The notes below the pieces were generated by a model. That model did no database searches. It worked only from the letters and a program-made list of their open reading frames with translations, and was not told the origin of the DNA. Positions 1-9,939 of a stretch of 64,000 nt of DNA are shown here, in pieces (within the stretch, counting starts at the first letter, position 1; each line of letters begins with the position of its first letter). The DNA comes from Okamejei kenojei (taxonomy: Eukaryota): the NCBI GenBank assembly GCA_035221665.1, contig CM069148.1, positions 51,522,001 through 51,586,000 of the forward strand, in the 5' to 3' direction. The translations under genes and the position numbers were made by a program.

Positions 1-454
1 ATCTGTCATTTTGAATCCAGTTGTCCAGCTCACCTTGGACCCCGTTTTTAGTTTCATTTAGTTTAGTTTACCGAGGTGTAGTAAAAATCTTTTTGTTGCG
101 TGCTAACCAGTTAGCGGACTGTACATGATTAGTATTGAGCTGTCCACTGTGTACAGATGCAGGATAAAGGGAATAACGTTTAGTGCAAGATAAAATCCAG
201 TAAAGTCTGACTGAAGATACTGAGTTGGATGATCAGCCATGATCATATTGAATGGCGGTGCAGGCTCGAAGGGCCGAATGGCCTACTCTTACACCTATTT
301 TCTATGTTTCTATGTCTAAGATAATTGGCCTCTGTATAGGGGCTGGATGAGAAAGTGGGATAACATAAAACTAATGTGCGGGTGATCGATAGTCAACAGT
401 GGGCCGATGGGCCTGTATCTCAAAACTGAACTAAACTAAGCTAAAGTAAATGTG

Positions 455-770
455 ATCGATTGATGAAAGAAACAGCATGGAAACAGCCCCCTTGACCCAC
501 TGAGTCCACACCAACCATCGATCGCCCGTTCACACTAGGTCTGTGTTATCCCACTTCCCATCCACTCCCTACACACTAGACGCATGTTTACAGAAGGCCA
601 ATTGACTTACAAACCCGCATGTCTTTGCGATGGGGGATGAAATAGAAGGAAACCCACCCGGCTACAGGGAGTATGTGTAAAGCCCACACAGACAGCCACC
701 GAGGTCAGGATGGGCCCTGGGACTCTGCCGCTGTGAGGCAGCAGGTCTATTTGTTGCACCACTGTGCCTC
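455..770 (-). mobile_element. tRNA-derived SINE (HE1/V-SINE-like family)
   Basis: Reverse complement of the family consensus seen more than 20 times in the window (tRNA-like head, CCTACAAAC core, GGGCC..GGCCTGTTTCC tail). Confidence 0.8.
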
Positions 771-831
771 CGTAAATCCACATAATAGGCAATATCTTGT
801 GTTCTGGCTTGTACTCGTTTCACAGTGTGTG

Positions 832-1110
832 AGGCATGGTGGCACAGTGGTAGAGTTGCTGAGACCCGGGTTCAATCCTCACTACGGGTGCCATCTGTAT
901 GGAGTTTTTGCGTTCGCCCCGTGATGTGCGTGGGTTTTCTCTGGTTTCCTATCACACACCAAAGACGTACAGCTTTGTAGGCTAATTGGCTTTGATAAAA
1001 TGTGTAAATTGTCTCTAGTGTGTGTTGGATAGTGTTAGTGTGTGGGAATCACTGGTTTGTGCGGACTCGGTTGGCCAAAGGGCCTGTTTCCGAGCTGTAT
1101 CTCTAAACTA
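832..1110 (+). mobile_element. tRNA-derived SINE (HE1/V-SINE-like family)
   Basis: A-box-like GGCACAGTGG, B-box GGTTCAATCC, tail gggcctgtttcc..tgtatctctaaactaaa. Confidence 0.85.
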
Positions 1111-1650
1111 AAATAAGTGCCTTACCCATCTCTTGAAGGAGAAACCATACCTTACACCTCTAAACACTGGGATAGAGGGTGGACCTGTATGATTTTGGGG
1201 CAATGGTGGCTGCACTTTCTGGCCAGGACGTGCACTGTGAATGAAATTACCCGTACGCCAAAACAACCAGCATTCACTCTGGAGATTACTGCATTCCTGC
1301 ATGTTTAGAAGGATTATCTGTCTTGGATTACAGCCAATCTTTCTCCTCCTTTCTTTACTTGGATTTGTCTTTTACGTCTGTTCAACTCTTAAAGGTTCAG
1401 TAACCACAGCCTGGACAATAAAGGTGTTTGTGGAATCTGTGGAACCAGCTAATAATATGAAATTATAGGCAATTGCTGGCATTTGAGGGCTGGAAGGCTG
1501 GCACATAACAAAGATATTGTCTTTGCAGTGGCTTCTGGGTGATTGGGCAATCAGAGGTCTCGTTTACTTTGCTCCAGCCACAACCACGCTGAATCATGCA
1601 TGCACAAAGCAAATTAGCTGTCCATCCTACCCACAACTCTTTGGGTCAAA

Positions 1651-1870
1651 ACAGAAGGTGCTGGAGGAACTCAGCGGGTTGGGCAGCATCTGTGGAGGGA
1701 ATGGACGGGCAACGTTTTGGGTCAGTGACCCTTCTTCAGACCATCTTCAGTAGTTTCAAGAAGGGTCCTGACCCAAAACATCGTCTGTTCATTCCCTGCC
1801 ACAGATGCTGCCTGACCACCCGAGTTCCTCCAACACTTTGTTTTGCTTGACACTCCAGCATCTGCAGTCT
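1651..1870. mobile_element. Palindromic PLE terminal-repeat unit
   Basis: gtgctggaggaactcagcggg..ggcagcatctgtgg..gacccttcttcag followed by its reverse complement. Confidence 0.75.
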
Positions 1871-2024
1871 GTTGCATCTCCATATTCAGGTCCATTGGTA
1901 TCAACAGTGCAGGTGGGCATGACCCACGTCACGAGTGTTTTATTGTCATATGTCCCAAAATGGAACAATGAAATTCTTACTTTCAGCAGCGCAACACATA
2001 TATTACTCAGTAAAACTGATGCCA

Positions 2025-2068
2025 ATACACACACGCACGCACACACACACGCGCTTGCACACACACCA
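2025..2068. repeat. Imperfect (CA)n microsatellite
   Basis: acacacacgcacgcacacacacacgcgcttgcacacacac. Confidence 0.9.
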
Positions 2069-2164
2069 TAGATGAATGCATCTATGAGTTTGTGATCTGA
2101 CTTTATGTTTGAAACAGCAATGTTCTCAATGGCTGAAGTCTTTGATTGAATATAATAGGTGTGA

Positions 2165-2510
2165 AGCCAATTCTCCATATCCAGTTCCCCTTTCCCCCTA
2201 CCCTTTCACCTATATCCACTTTCACCTTCCATCTTCCTCTGGCTTCACACTTCACTTCTCTCATCACACGGCCTTTTGTCCTATCCTCTGGCCTTGGTCC
2301 ACCCATCTGTCAATGAACCCCCGCCTCACCTGCACCCACCTATCACTCACCAGGCTTGGTCCCGCCCCCACCTCACTCTTCCAGGTTTATCCCCCCGACT
2401 CTAATCAGTCTGTAGAAGGGTCCCTCCAGAGAGGCTGCCTGACCCGCTGAGTTACTCCAGCACCTTGTGCCTTTTTTTTTGTAAACCAGCATTTGCAGTT
2501 CCTTGCGTCG
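2165..2510 (+). mobile_element. PLE 3' end (pyrimidine-rich UTR plus terminal repeat)
   Basis: cccacctatcac..caggctt..cagtctgtagaagggtcc..gctgcctgacccgctgagttactccagca; same pattern at 57740-58025. Confidence 0.7.
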
Positions 2511-3261
2511 GTATCCTTTTGCCATCTCGGAATTCAATGCAGATGTGTACCAGGATTAATCTGGCAAAAGTACGATGACGGCAATACAGAATAACATAGA
2601 GGATAATGGAATTCCAAGCTAAATGTTGGTTTGTCCCAGTAGAAAGGAAAAGAAACTCCAGAGATGGTTTTAATGCATCCCAGCCGTACAACTGAAAGAC
2701 AACCACAACTGAACCACTCCGACATGATACAATTAATACTCTTTAATTAAAATGTTGAAATAAAGGTAATTAAAAGATGCGTCTGCCTGTGCCCATTATC
2801 TCTGGTTAGGAATTATCCCAAGATGTCTGTACTTGTTTATGCTTTGAGGGTCTGTGTGATACCTCCGTGGTTGCAAATGATAGGAGTGCTCAGTAGTCAG
2901 AGAAGCCCACACTAATCTGGGCAGAATTAAGCTCTTTGTAATTAACTGAGCAATATTACTCATATGGGAGTGTGCTGTCTTAAATTGAAAAAAGCACTTA
3001 TTTGCACTGAGCAGAAGCTAGCAGAAGCTGGGAAGTCTACAGGGAACTGTCTATGGTTTATTTTGACTACTAATTTCCCAGTTGCACTCTCAATTCTAAT
3101 ATGTACGTGTGATTATTCCAATGTAAGGGGAAAATGTACAATTGATGGCAAAGCCCTTAGCTGCTTTGATGTACAGAGAGATCTTTGGGTCCATGTCCAT
3201 AACTCCATAAGTCTACACAGGACAAGCAGATAGTGCGGGAAGAATGCATATTGTTTAGAAT

Positions 3262-3580
3262 CAAGGTTATTATCATGATGTATACCAAGGTATGGTTAAA
3301 AGCTTTGTTTTGCATGCCATCCAAACAGATCAGATATACTGTACCATACATTGATACAATTAAGTCCAACTCCTGTCCAATATGTAGAGCAGAGGGGAAG
3401 ATACAGAGTGCAGAATATAGTTCTCAGGATTCAGTTCCATGGACAAATGTCCAATGTCCGCCATGGGGTAGAGGTGAATCGGACAGTACCCTAGCTTATG
3501 GAAGGACCGTTCAGAAGCCCGATAACACAGGCTGTACCTGAGTCTGGTAGTCTGCTTTTTCAAGCATCTGTGCCTTCTGG
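3262..3580 (-). mobile_element. Rex1/Babar-type LINE 3' fragment
   Basis: Closely similar to 50215-50615, which encodes SHPGH..PSGKR..RNSFFP. Confidence 0.7.
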
Positions 3581-3719
3581 ACACTTTGGAATAACTTCTG
3601 TCATCGTGCAGGAAAAGTAGCATTCAATTTACGCAAAGCAACCCTGAACCAGTAGGCGATCAGGAAAGATATTTCAATGAAGTAGATTGTGGAATAATTC
3701 TTGTTTTTTTCCTCGTAAT

Positions 3720-3806
3720 TATTCCATGGGATGTTTTTATATCTGCCTGCGAGAGCTGGTTTCAATGGTTCACCTTGTGAGATGGCTCTTCACACATTCC
3801 CTTAAG
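3720..3806 (+). mobile_element. Possible old Deu-domain SINE relic (SacSINE1/AmnSINE1-like)
   Basis: ccatgggatgtttttatatctgcctgcgagagc..ggtttcaatgg..tcac..tgagatggc resembles the recalled Deu core GCCATGGGATCTTTTAC..CCACCTGAGAG..GGTTTAACGTCTCATCCGAAAGACGGC. Confidence 0.45.
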
Positions 3807-3810
3807 AGCT

Positions 3811-4166
3811 GGCACAGTGGTGGAACGGTAGAGTTGCCGTGTCACAGTGCCAGAGACCCGGCTTCAATCCCGTCTGTGCAGAGTTTACACATTTACCACG
3901 TGACTGTGTGGGTTTGCTCAGGGTGCTCCAGTTTCCTCCCACACTCCAAAGATGTGTAGCTTTGTAGGTTAATTGGCCTCTGTAAATTCCCTCTAGTGTA
4001 TAGGGAATGGATGAGAAAGTGGGATTAGTGTTTCAAAAAAATTGGTAAAAAATGATAAAATTGCCTCTATTCTGTAGGATAGAACTAGTGTATGGATGAT
4101 CGCTGGTTGGCATGGACCCGGTGGGCCAAAGGGGCCTGTTTCAATGCTGTATCTCTAATTTAAACT
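3811..4166 (+). mobile_element. tRNA-derived SINE (HE1-like)
   Basis: ggcacagtggtggaacggtagagttgc..gagacccggcttcaatcc..tail gggccaaaggggcctgtttc. Confidence 0.8.
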
Positions 4167-5097
4167 AAGTTGGCCAGACCGCAAACCTTCCAAGTAGGGT
4201 TTTGAAGGTACGAGGGTTGAGAATGTTAGTTTCAATTTGAGATTAGTTTGCTCCTTTAAGTCTCTTGTTGGCCCGGTTTACTTCGCCAGCTCCTGGCTAT
4301 ACAACACGATCTTATGTAACTGCTTGCTCCACATATGTCAGTAGGCAGACACACAGTGAGAACAGATGCACTCGTTCAACACCATCGGCAGCTTTTGTCA
4401 GCGAGTCTGCCTTCAGGGAACAATGAAGTTGTGCAGCGCACCGATCTCAGTAGACCTTTAAAAACTAAATTAACCCAATCAACAATATTCAATAGATACA
4501 GATTTAATAAATTGGAGGTTTGCTGAGATCTAATTTAGTTGTGTGATTCTCAGCGGCTCCGCACACGGAGGGGCTTGGGTTGCACGAGCAACGTTGTGTG
4601 TTACTTAACCTCGCATGAAAGATGCAATATTTGGCTTGGTCGTAGTGTCAAAGAACACCCATAGCTTGAGTTGCTGCGTGGCACACCCGTCAAACCCGTG
4701 CGTAGAGATTGGATCTCACTTCTCGACGAGTGCTGAGAGAGCTGTTAATCTCAGGAAACACTCAGAACTGTGCAATATCATCCTTCGCATTTTATCTGGA
4801 AGAAAATCTTCTTCGCAGAGATCATCACAGAAAGCCTGTTCATGCCGATCATCAATACTTTTTTTTGCATTCCCCTAATTCCATTTTCACAGAACTTTTA
4901 TGGCTTTAATGTAATAAGAATCGGGCCAATTTAGTTAGCAAAATTCACAAGAGACTTGCTCCTGGCTTTCAGGATGAAACCGTCATCGGCACGATCGCCT
5001 GAGTTAAGTTCCTGACATTTTCTGTGCAATGTCATTATTAAAAGAGCTTGTTGTCAGCAAAAGCCCCCATTGATCACGGACTGACTATGAATGAGGC

Positions 5098-5490
5098 AGA
5101 AGATAGACACAAAGTGCTGGAGTAACTCTGCAGGTCGGGCAGCATCTCTGGAGCAAAGGAATATGTGACGTTTCTGGTCAAGACGCTTCTTCAGACTGAG
5201 AGCCGGGGGGGGGGGGGGGGGAATTAGAGGTATGGTATGAAAAGGTATGGAGCAAATCAGAGCCGGCACCAATGACTCCAGAAAGGTAGTGCCCACAATG
5301 GTCCATTGTTGGCTGTGGAAGAGGTGATAACATAGGGGAACGTACAGTGAAACTAGTAGGATGATTATGGTGGGGGAGGGACAGATTGATAGGGAATGCA
5401 AATGTTATTTGAAATTAGAGAAAGCAAATTCATACCACTAGGTTGTAAGCTGCCCAAGTGCAATATGAGGTGCTGTTCCTCCAATTGGCA
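5098..5490 (-). mobile_element. PLE 3' end: GIY-YIG-region C-terminus, UTR and terminal repeat
   Basis: Minus strand 5489-5404 reads QLEEQHLILHLGSLQPSGMN (PLE ORF C-terminal motif). It is followed by a pyrimidine-rich UTR and CTGAAGAAGCGTCTTGACCAGAAACGTC (5194-5167). Confidence 0.8.
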
Positions 5491-5693
5491 TGTGTTTTGT
5501 GAATTTTGCAGCTTTTTGTGTTTATCTTCGATGTAAACCAGCATCTGCAGTTCCTTGCTCCACTTCTAGGGACCCCCAACCTAGCACCGTCTGGGCAATT
5601 GATGACTGATTTAAATATTATGTAGGCAGCAACTGCAGATGCTGCTTCATACCGAAGATAGACACAAAAAGCTGGAGTAACTCAGCGGGTCAG

Positions 5694-5990
5694 GTAAAAA
5701 TATCCACTAACTGGGCCTCCACAGCCCTCTGTGGCAATGAGTTCCACAGATTTACTACACACTGACTAAAAAAAGTTCCTCCTTGCCTCCTTTCCAAAAC
5801 AGTGCCCTTTAATTGTGAGGCTGTGACCTCTGGTCCTAGACTCTCCCGCCAGTGGACACATCCTATCCACATCCACTCTATCGATGCCTTTCATTATTCT
5901 GTAAGTTTCAATGAGGTTCCCCCTCAACCTTCTAAACCCCAGCGAGTAGAGGCCCAGTGCTGTCAAACGCTCACTTTATGCTAACCCACT
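5694..5990 (-). mobile_element. CR1-type LINE ORF2 3' fragment
   Basis: ORFs LGLYSLGFRRLRGNLIETYRIMKG..SRTRGHSL and VVNLWNSLPQRAVEA are typical of the CR1 C-terminus. Confidence 0.9.
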
Positions 5991-6020
5991 AGTGTCTCTT
6001 TTTCTTCTCTCTTTCAACAG

Positions 6021-6231
6021 GATAGTGACAACAACAAGGTCTGTTCCTTGTACTCCTTCCGCAATGCAACTACCTCACCACACAAGCCCGACGAAGGAGG
6101 CCGTGACCGCAGTGACATGATCTCTGGGGCAGCGTTTGGAACACCCGAACGACGCAAAGGAAGCTTAGCTGATGTAGTGGACACTCTCAAGCAGAAGAAG
6201 CTGGAGGAGATGACAAAGACTGAGCAAGATG
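6021..6231 (+). CDS. SOX6: Internal coding exon of SoxD transcription factor SOX6 (N-terminal region before the leucine zipper; corresponds to about human exon 3)
   Basis: Polypyrimidine tract plus CAACAG acceptor ending at 6020; GT donor at 6232 (g|gtaggc). 70 codons + 1 nt: [70 protein letters not shown]. The KQKKLEEMT and [16 protein letters not shown] motifs match SOX6 as recalled (SOX5 has KQRKMEELIK). Confidence 0.95.
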
Positions 6232-6299
6232 GTAGGCCTGGCTTCATTCTCCCTCTTCAGTTCATAAGTGGTGAGCAGAACCATCTCCAAGACCAGGAG

Positions 6300-6810
6300 T
6301 AGACAGTGGATGTGGAGAGGATGCTTCCACTACTGGGAGAGTCTAGGGCCGAGGGCACAGCCTCAGAGTAAAAGGACGTACCTTTGGAAAGGAGATGAGG
6401 AGGAATTTCTTTAGATGGAGGGTGGTGATTCTGTGGAATTCATTGGCAGCCGAGGCCAAGATATTGGGTATCGACAGGTTTGTCATTAGTGAGAGTATCA
6501 AGAACCACATCAGCAACATTGAATTTTGCACAAGGAACTCAGGATAAAAAGACGTGCCTTTAGAAAGGAGATGAGGAGGAATTTATTTCAGCCGAGTGTG
6601 ATGAATCTGTGGAATTCATTGCCACAAATGGTTGTGGAGGCTGTTATTGGGTATTTTTAAGATAGGGATGATAGATACTTGATTCGTAGTGGTTATGGGG
6701 AAAAGTCAGTAGAATAGGGTTGGGAGGGAAAGATAGACCAGCTATGATTGAATGGTGGAGTAGACTCGATGGTCCGAATGGTCAAACGTTGCTAATATGC
6801 CTTGTGGTCA
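6300..6810 (+). mobile_element. Two tandem CR1-type LINE 3' fragments (about 6300-6500 and 6538-6810)
   Basis: gtggatgtggagaggatg..gagtctagg..aaaggagatgaggaggaattt..ctgtggaattcattg; the later part occurs twice. Confidence 0.85.
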
Positions 6811-7237
6811 TATTTTGGTTGAGGAGTGACGTTGACATAGTTATAATGGATGGTTGCTGTAGTAATAATGCTTTGTGATCCATTAAAGAGTTCAAGGTCC
6901 ATTGGAGTGTTTAGTTTGCATCCTTTTTAATATATTGCTGACATCATGGAATACCAAAATTCTTCGATCTTCACTCTCTACCCCACCTTTGTTATTTGTG
7001 AGTAGCTTCAGGCTAATAAGGCCGATCTTATCTATAATTTACAATTTCATGCCAAGAAAAAAGATGTTGCACTGTATCATTCATGTTTCATGTCTGTGAT
7101 TGTGCGGACAGTCCCAACAGCTAATTCACATCCGTGACTAACTGGGTAGAGCAAGAGGAATTTCAGAGAAGCTCTATGTCAATGTATAGATAAAACTCTT
7201 TTGTATCAAGTTATAGCAGTACAGTTGTATCAATGAC

Positions 7238-7520
7238 TCAGTAGTGCAGGGGTAGAGTTGCTGCATTACATCGCCAGAGACCCGGGTTCGATCCTGACTA
7301 CGGAGTTTGTACGTACTCCCTGTGATCTGCGTGGGGTTTCTCCGGCAGCTCCAGTTTCCTCCCACCAAAGACGTGCAGGTTTGTAGGTTAATTGGCTTTG
7401 GTAAAATTGTAAATTGTCCCAAGTGTGTAGGATAGTGCTAGTGTACAGGGATCGCTGGTCGGCGCTGTCTCGGTGGGGTGAAGGGCATGTTAACGCACGG
7501 TATCTCTAAAGTCTAAAGTC
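7238..7520 (+). mobile_element. tRNA-derived SINE (HE1-like)
   Basis: B-box GGTTCGATCC near 7285; tail tatctctaaagtctaaagtc. Confidence 0.85.
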
Positions 7521-7754
7521 ATAAATAAACTTTGGTATGTTGATTTTCATTTGTAGTGTGCCATTTGTAAATGATGAGTCACAGACAAAGGCAGGAGGAA
7601 TTAGTTAATAGCTAGCCTTTCCACACAAAAGGCTTTGCTGAATTATAATTTTCGCCTTTTTTGGGAATGAAGAGACTTTTCAAGTTGGAGAAATGTCTAA
7701 TTAAAATATCTTTATATTGGCTGTCAGGAAAAATATTTTGTAATAAAAATTTAT

Positions 7755-8015
7755 AGTTAGCAGATGCTGGTTTACCAAGGAAAGAATCAAAACGCTGGAG
7801 TAACTCAATGGGTCAGGCAGCATCCGTGGAGAAATGTCACCTGTACATTTTCTCCGGAAATGCTGCCTGACCCGCTGAGTTACTCCAGCATTTTGTATCT
7901 ATCCCTGGAGAAAATCGATAGGTGGAATTTTGGGTCCCGACCCAAAGCATCACCTGTCCATGTTGTCCAGGGATGCTGCCTGACTCGGTGAGTTCCTCCA
8001 GCACTTTGTGTCTTA
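7755..8015. mobile_element. Rearranged or tandem PLE terminal-repeat units
   Basis: gctggagtaactca..gcagcatc followed by two gctgcctgac..gagtt.ctccagca copies. Confidence 0.7.
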
Positions 8016-8619
8016 CCCACAGTTTCTGGAATATAGTTCTCAGGACTGCATCGAATACACCAGTTCCATATTGGTACTGGCACTTCTTTCAAAGATTCGA
8101 ATGAAATTTCTGTGCAGGTTGCTATTTTAACCCATATCTTCTCCAATGACTACTAAAGTGGGAGCAGCAAATATGTCCCATCAACAGACCTCTCCCCCAA
8201 ATCCTTCTGTCTCCTGTTTGATAGATCACATCATAAAACTTCTAAGATTGATTTATTATTGGACTCGAATGTCGAGCGCTTGTGACACCAGAAACTGGGT
8301 TGGAATCTGCCAGATTTATTTTATGTTGGACTCTTAAAACTGATGGACGGCCAATCTTCTCTGCTGGATAGATATGCAGGTACTACAAAGTCCGTGCTGT
8401 TGTGAGCAGTTTACCAAACACCTCATTAGACTTCATCAATCAGTTAGATGTCCATAGAGTCCAGACCTACTCAAATTGTCTGAAGCCACCCTTCACTTTC
8501 TACAAGGTTCGCAAGGTTAACAACAAGCAATAACAATAATGCCAACTGGAATAGCAATTCACAGGGATTAGATTGCTATACAACGGACATAGACAGGTTT
8601 ATAACATCATAGAGGACAG

Positions 8620-8930
8620 AATGATACAGCACAGGAACTGGCCCTTTGGCCCACAATATCTGTGCCAAACATGATGCCAAGGTGAACTAACCTGCTCTGC
8701 CTGCATTTGGTCCATATCTATCCATTCCCTGAATAGCCATGTGCCTACTCCAAAATTCTCTTAAATGCCCCTATTGCATCTCCCTCCACCACCACCCCAG
8801 GCAGCACATTCCAGGCACACGCCACCACCTGTGTAAAAAGAATTGCCCCTTGCCATTTGCACCCTGGGAGAAAGGTTCTGACTGTTTATCCTATCTGTGC
8901 CTCTCATCATTTTATACACTTCTCTCAGGT
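8620..8930 (-). mobile_element. CR1-type LINE 3' fragment
   Basis: ORF EVYKMMRGTDRINSQNLSPRV; tail related to other CR1 ends in the window. Confidence 0.75.
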
Positions 8931-9739
8931 TCTTTCTGGAGTTCCCTGTTTCTGCCTGTGACCACAAGGGTTTCCTCCAGGTGATCTGGTTTCATCCCAC
9001 ATCCCAAAGATAAGCGGGCTTGTAGGTTAATCTGCCTCTGTAAAATGCCCTTAGTGTGTAGGAAGATGTGAAAGTGGAATAACATTATTGTGAATGTGTG
9101 ATCGATGGTCAACGTGGACTTGGTAGGCCGAAGGACCTGTTTCCATGTTGTATCTTTCAACAATATCCCCAAAAAAATCAAAAACATTTTAGAAGGGCTG
9201 ATACCGTAACAAAAAAAGCACTTTTTCCTTATACCATTACCCTAACTGAGATCCAACCGAAGAAGTTTCCCGTCCTGAAACATCACCTGTCCATGTTCTC
9301 CAGAGATGCTGCCTGAGTTACTCCAGCACACTGTGTCATTTATTTCCAACTGTTTTGTTCTGCTTTGAGTTGATCTCCTTTCTCTGTGGATAGTTTGCTC
9401 ACTCAGTGGCTGGTGGTTTTTCCCGCTATCCATTGAGGGAGCTCATGAGTTAGATTTGTTTATTGGAAACAGACCTTTCCGCCCACCGAAATGATCACCC
9501 ATACATTAGGGACAATTTACAGAGGGCCAAATATCCTCCAAACTCGTACGTCAGCGGAGTGTGGGAGGGAACCAGAGCACCTGGACAAAACCTACATGGT
9601 TACAGGGAGAACGTACAAACTCCATGCAGACAGCACCCATAGTCTGGATCGAACGCGGGTCTCTGACGCTGTATGGCAGCAACTCTACCGCTGCGCCACC
9701 GTGCCGTCCACACGTGGCAAGTGTGCCCTTCCATTTACT

Positions 9740-9939
9740 CACTGGAACTGGCAGCATCTCTGGAGAGAAGGAATGGGTGGTGTTTCAGTTTGAGACCCTT
9801 TTTCAGACTGAAGAAGGGTCCCGATCCGAAATGTCACCCATTCCTTCTCTCCAGAGATGCTGCCTGTCCTGCTGAGTTACTCTCGCATTTTGTGTCTATC
9901 TTCAGTTTAAATCAGCATCTGTAGCTCCTTCCTACACCT
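9740..9939. mobile_element. Palindromic PLE terminal-repeat unit with 11-bp TSD
   Basis: Palindrome centred on TCAGACTGA (about 9803-9811). TTCCATTTACT at 9729-9739 and 9940-9950. Confidence 0.85.

Larger units (their letters stand above)
1..6020 (+). other. SOX6: 3' part of the upstream SOX6 intron
   Basis: Ends in the tctcttttcttctctctttcaacAG acceptor; no upstream SOX6 exon recognised. Confidence 0.75.

Noticed and set aside
832-900. tRNA genes at A/B-box motifs (many sites)
   Set aside because: Each continues into the same SINE body and tail and shows no intact cloverleaf.
6021-6231. SOX5 or SOX13 identity
   Set aside because: The residues around the shared [19 protein letters not shown] motif fit SOX6 as recalled.
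6014-6247. Antisense 77-aa ORF over the exon
   Set aside because: It is the shadow of the coding exon, with no independent signal.
6048-6302. 84-aa ORF as a stand-alone gene
   Set aside because: Similarity to SOX6 starts at 6021 and ends at the GT donor (6232). The TTG start is internal and the tail is intron read-through.
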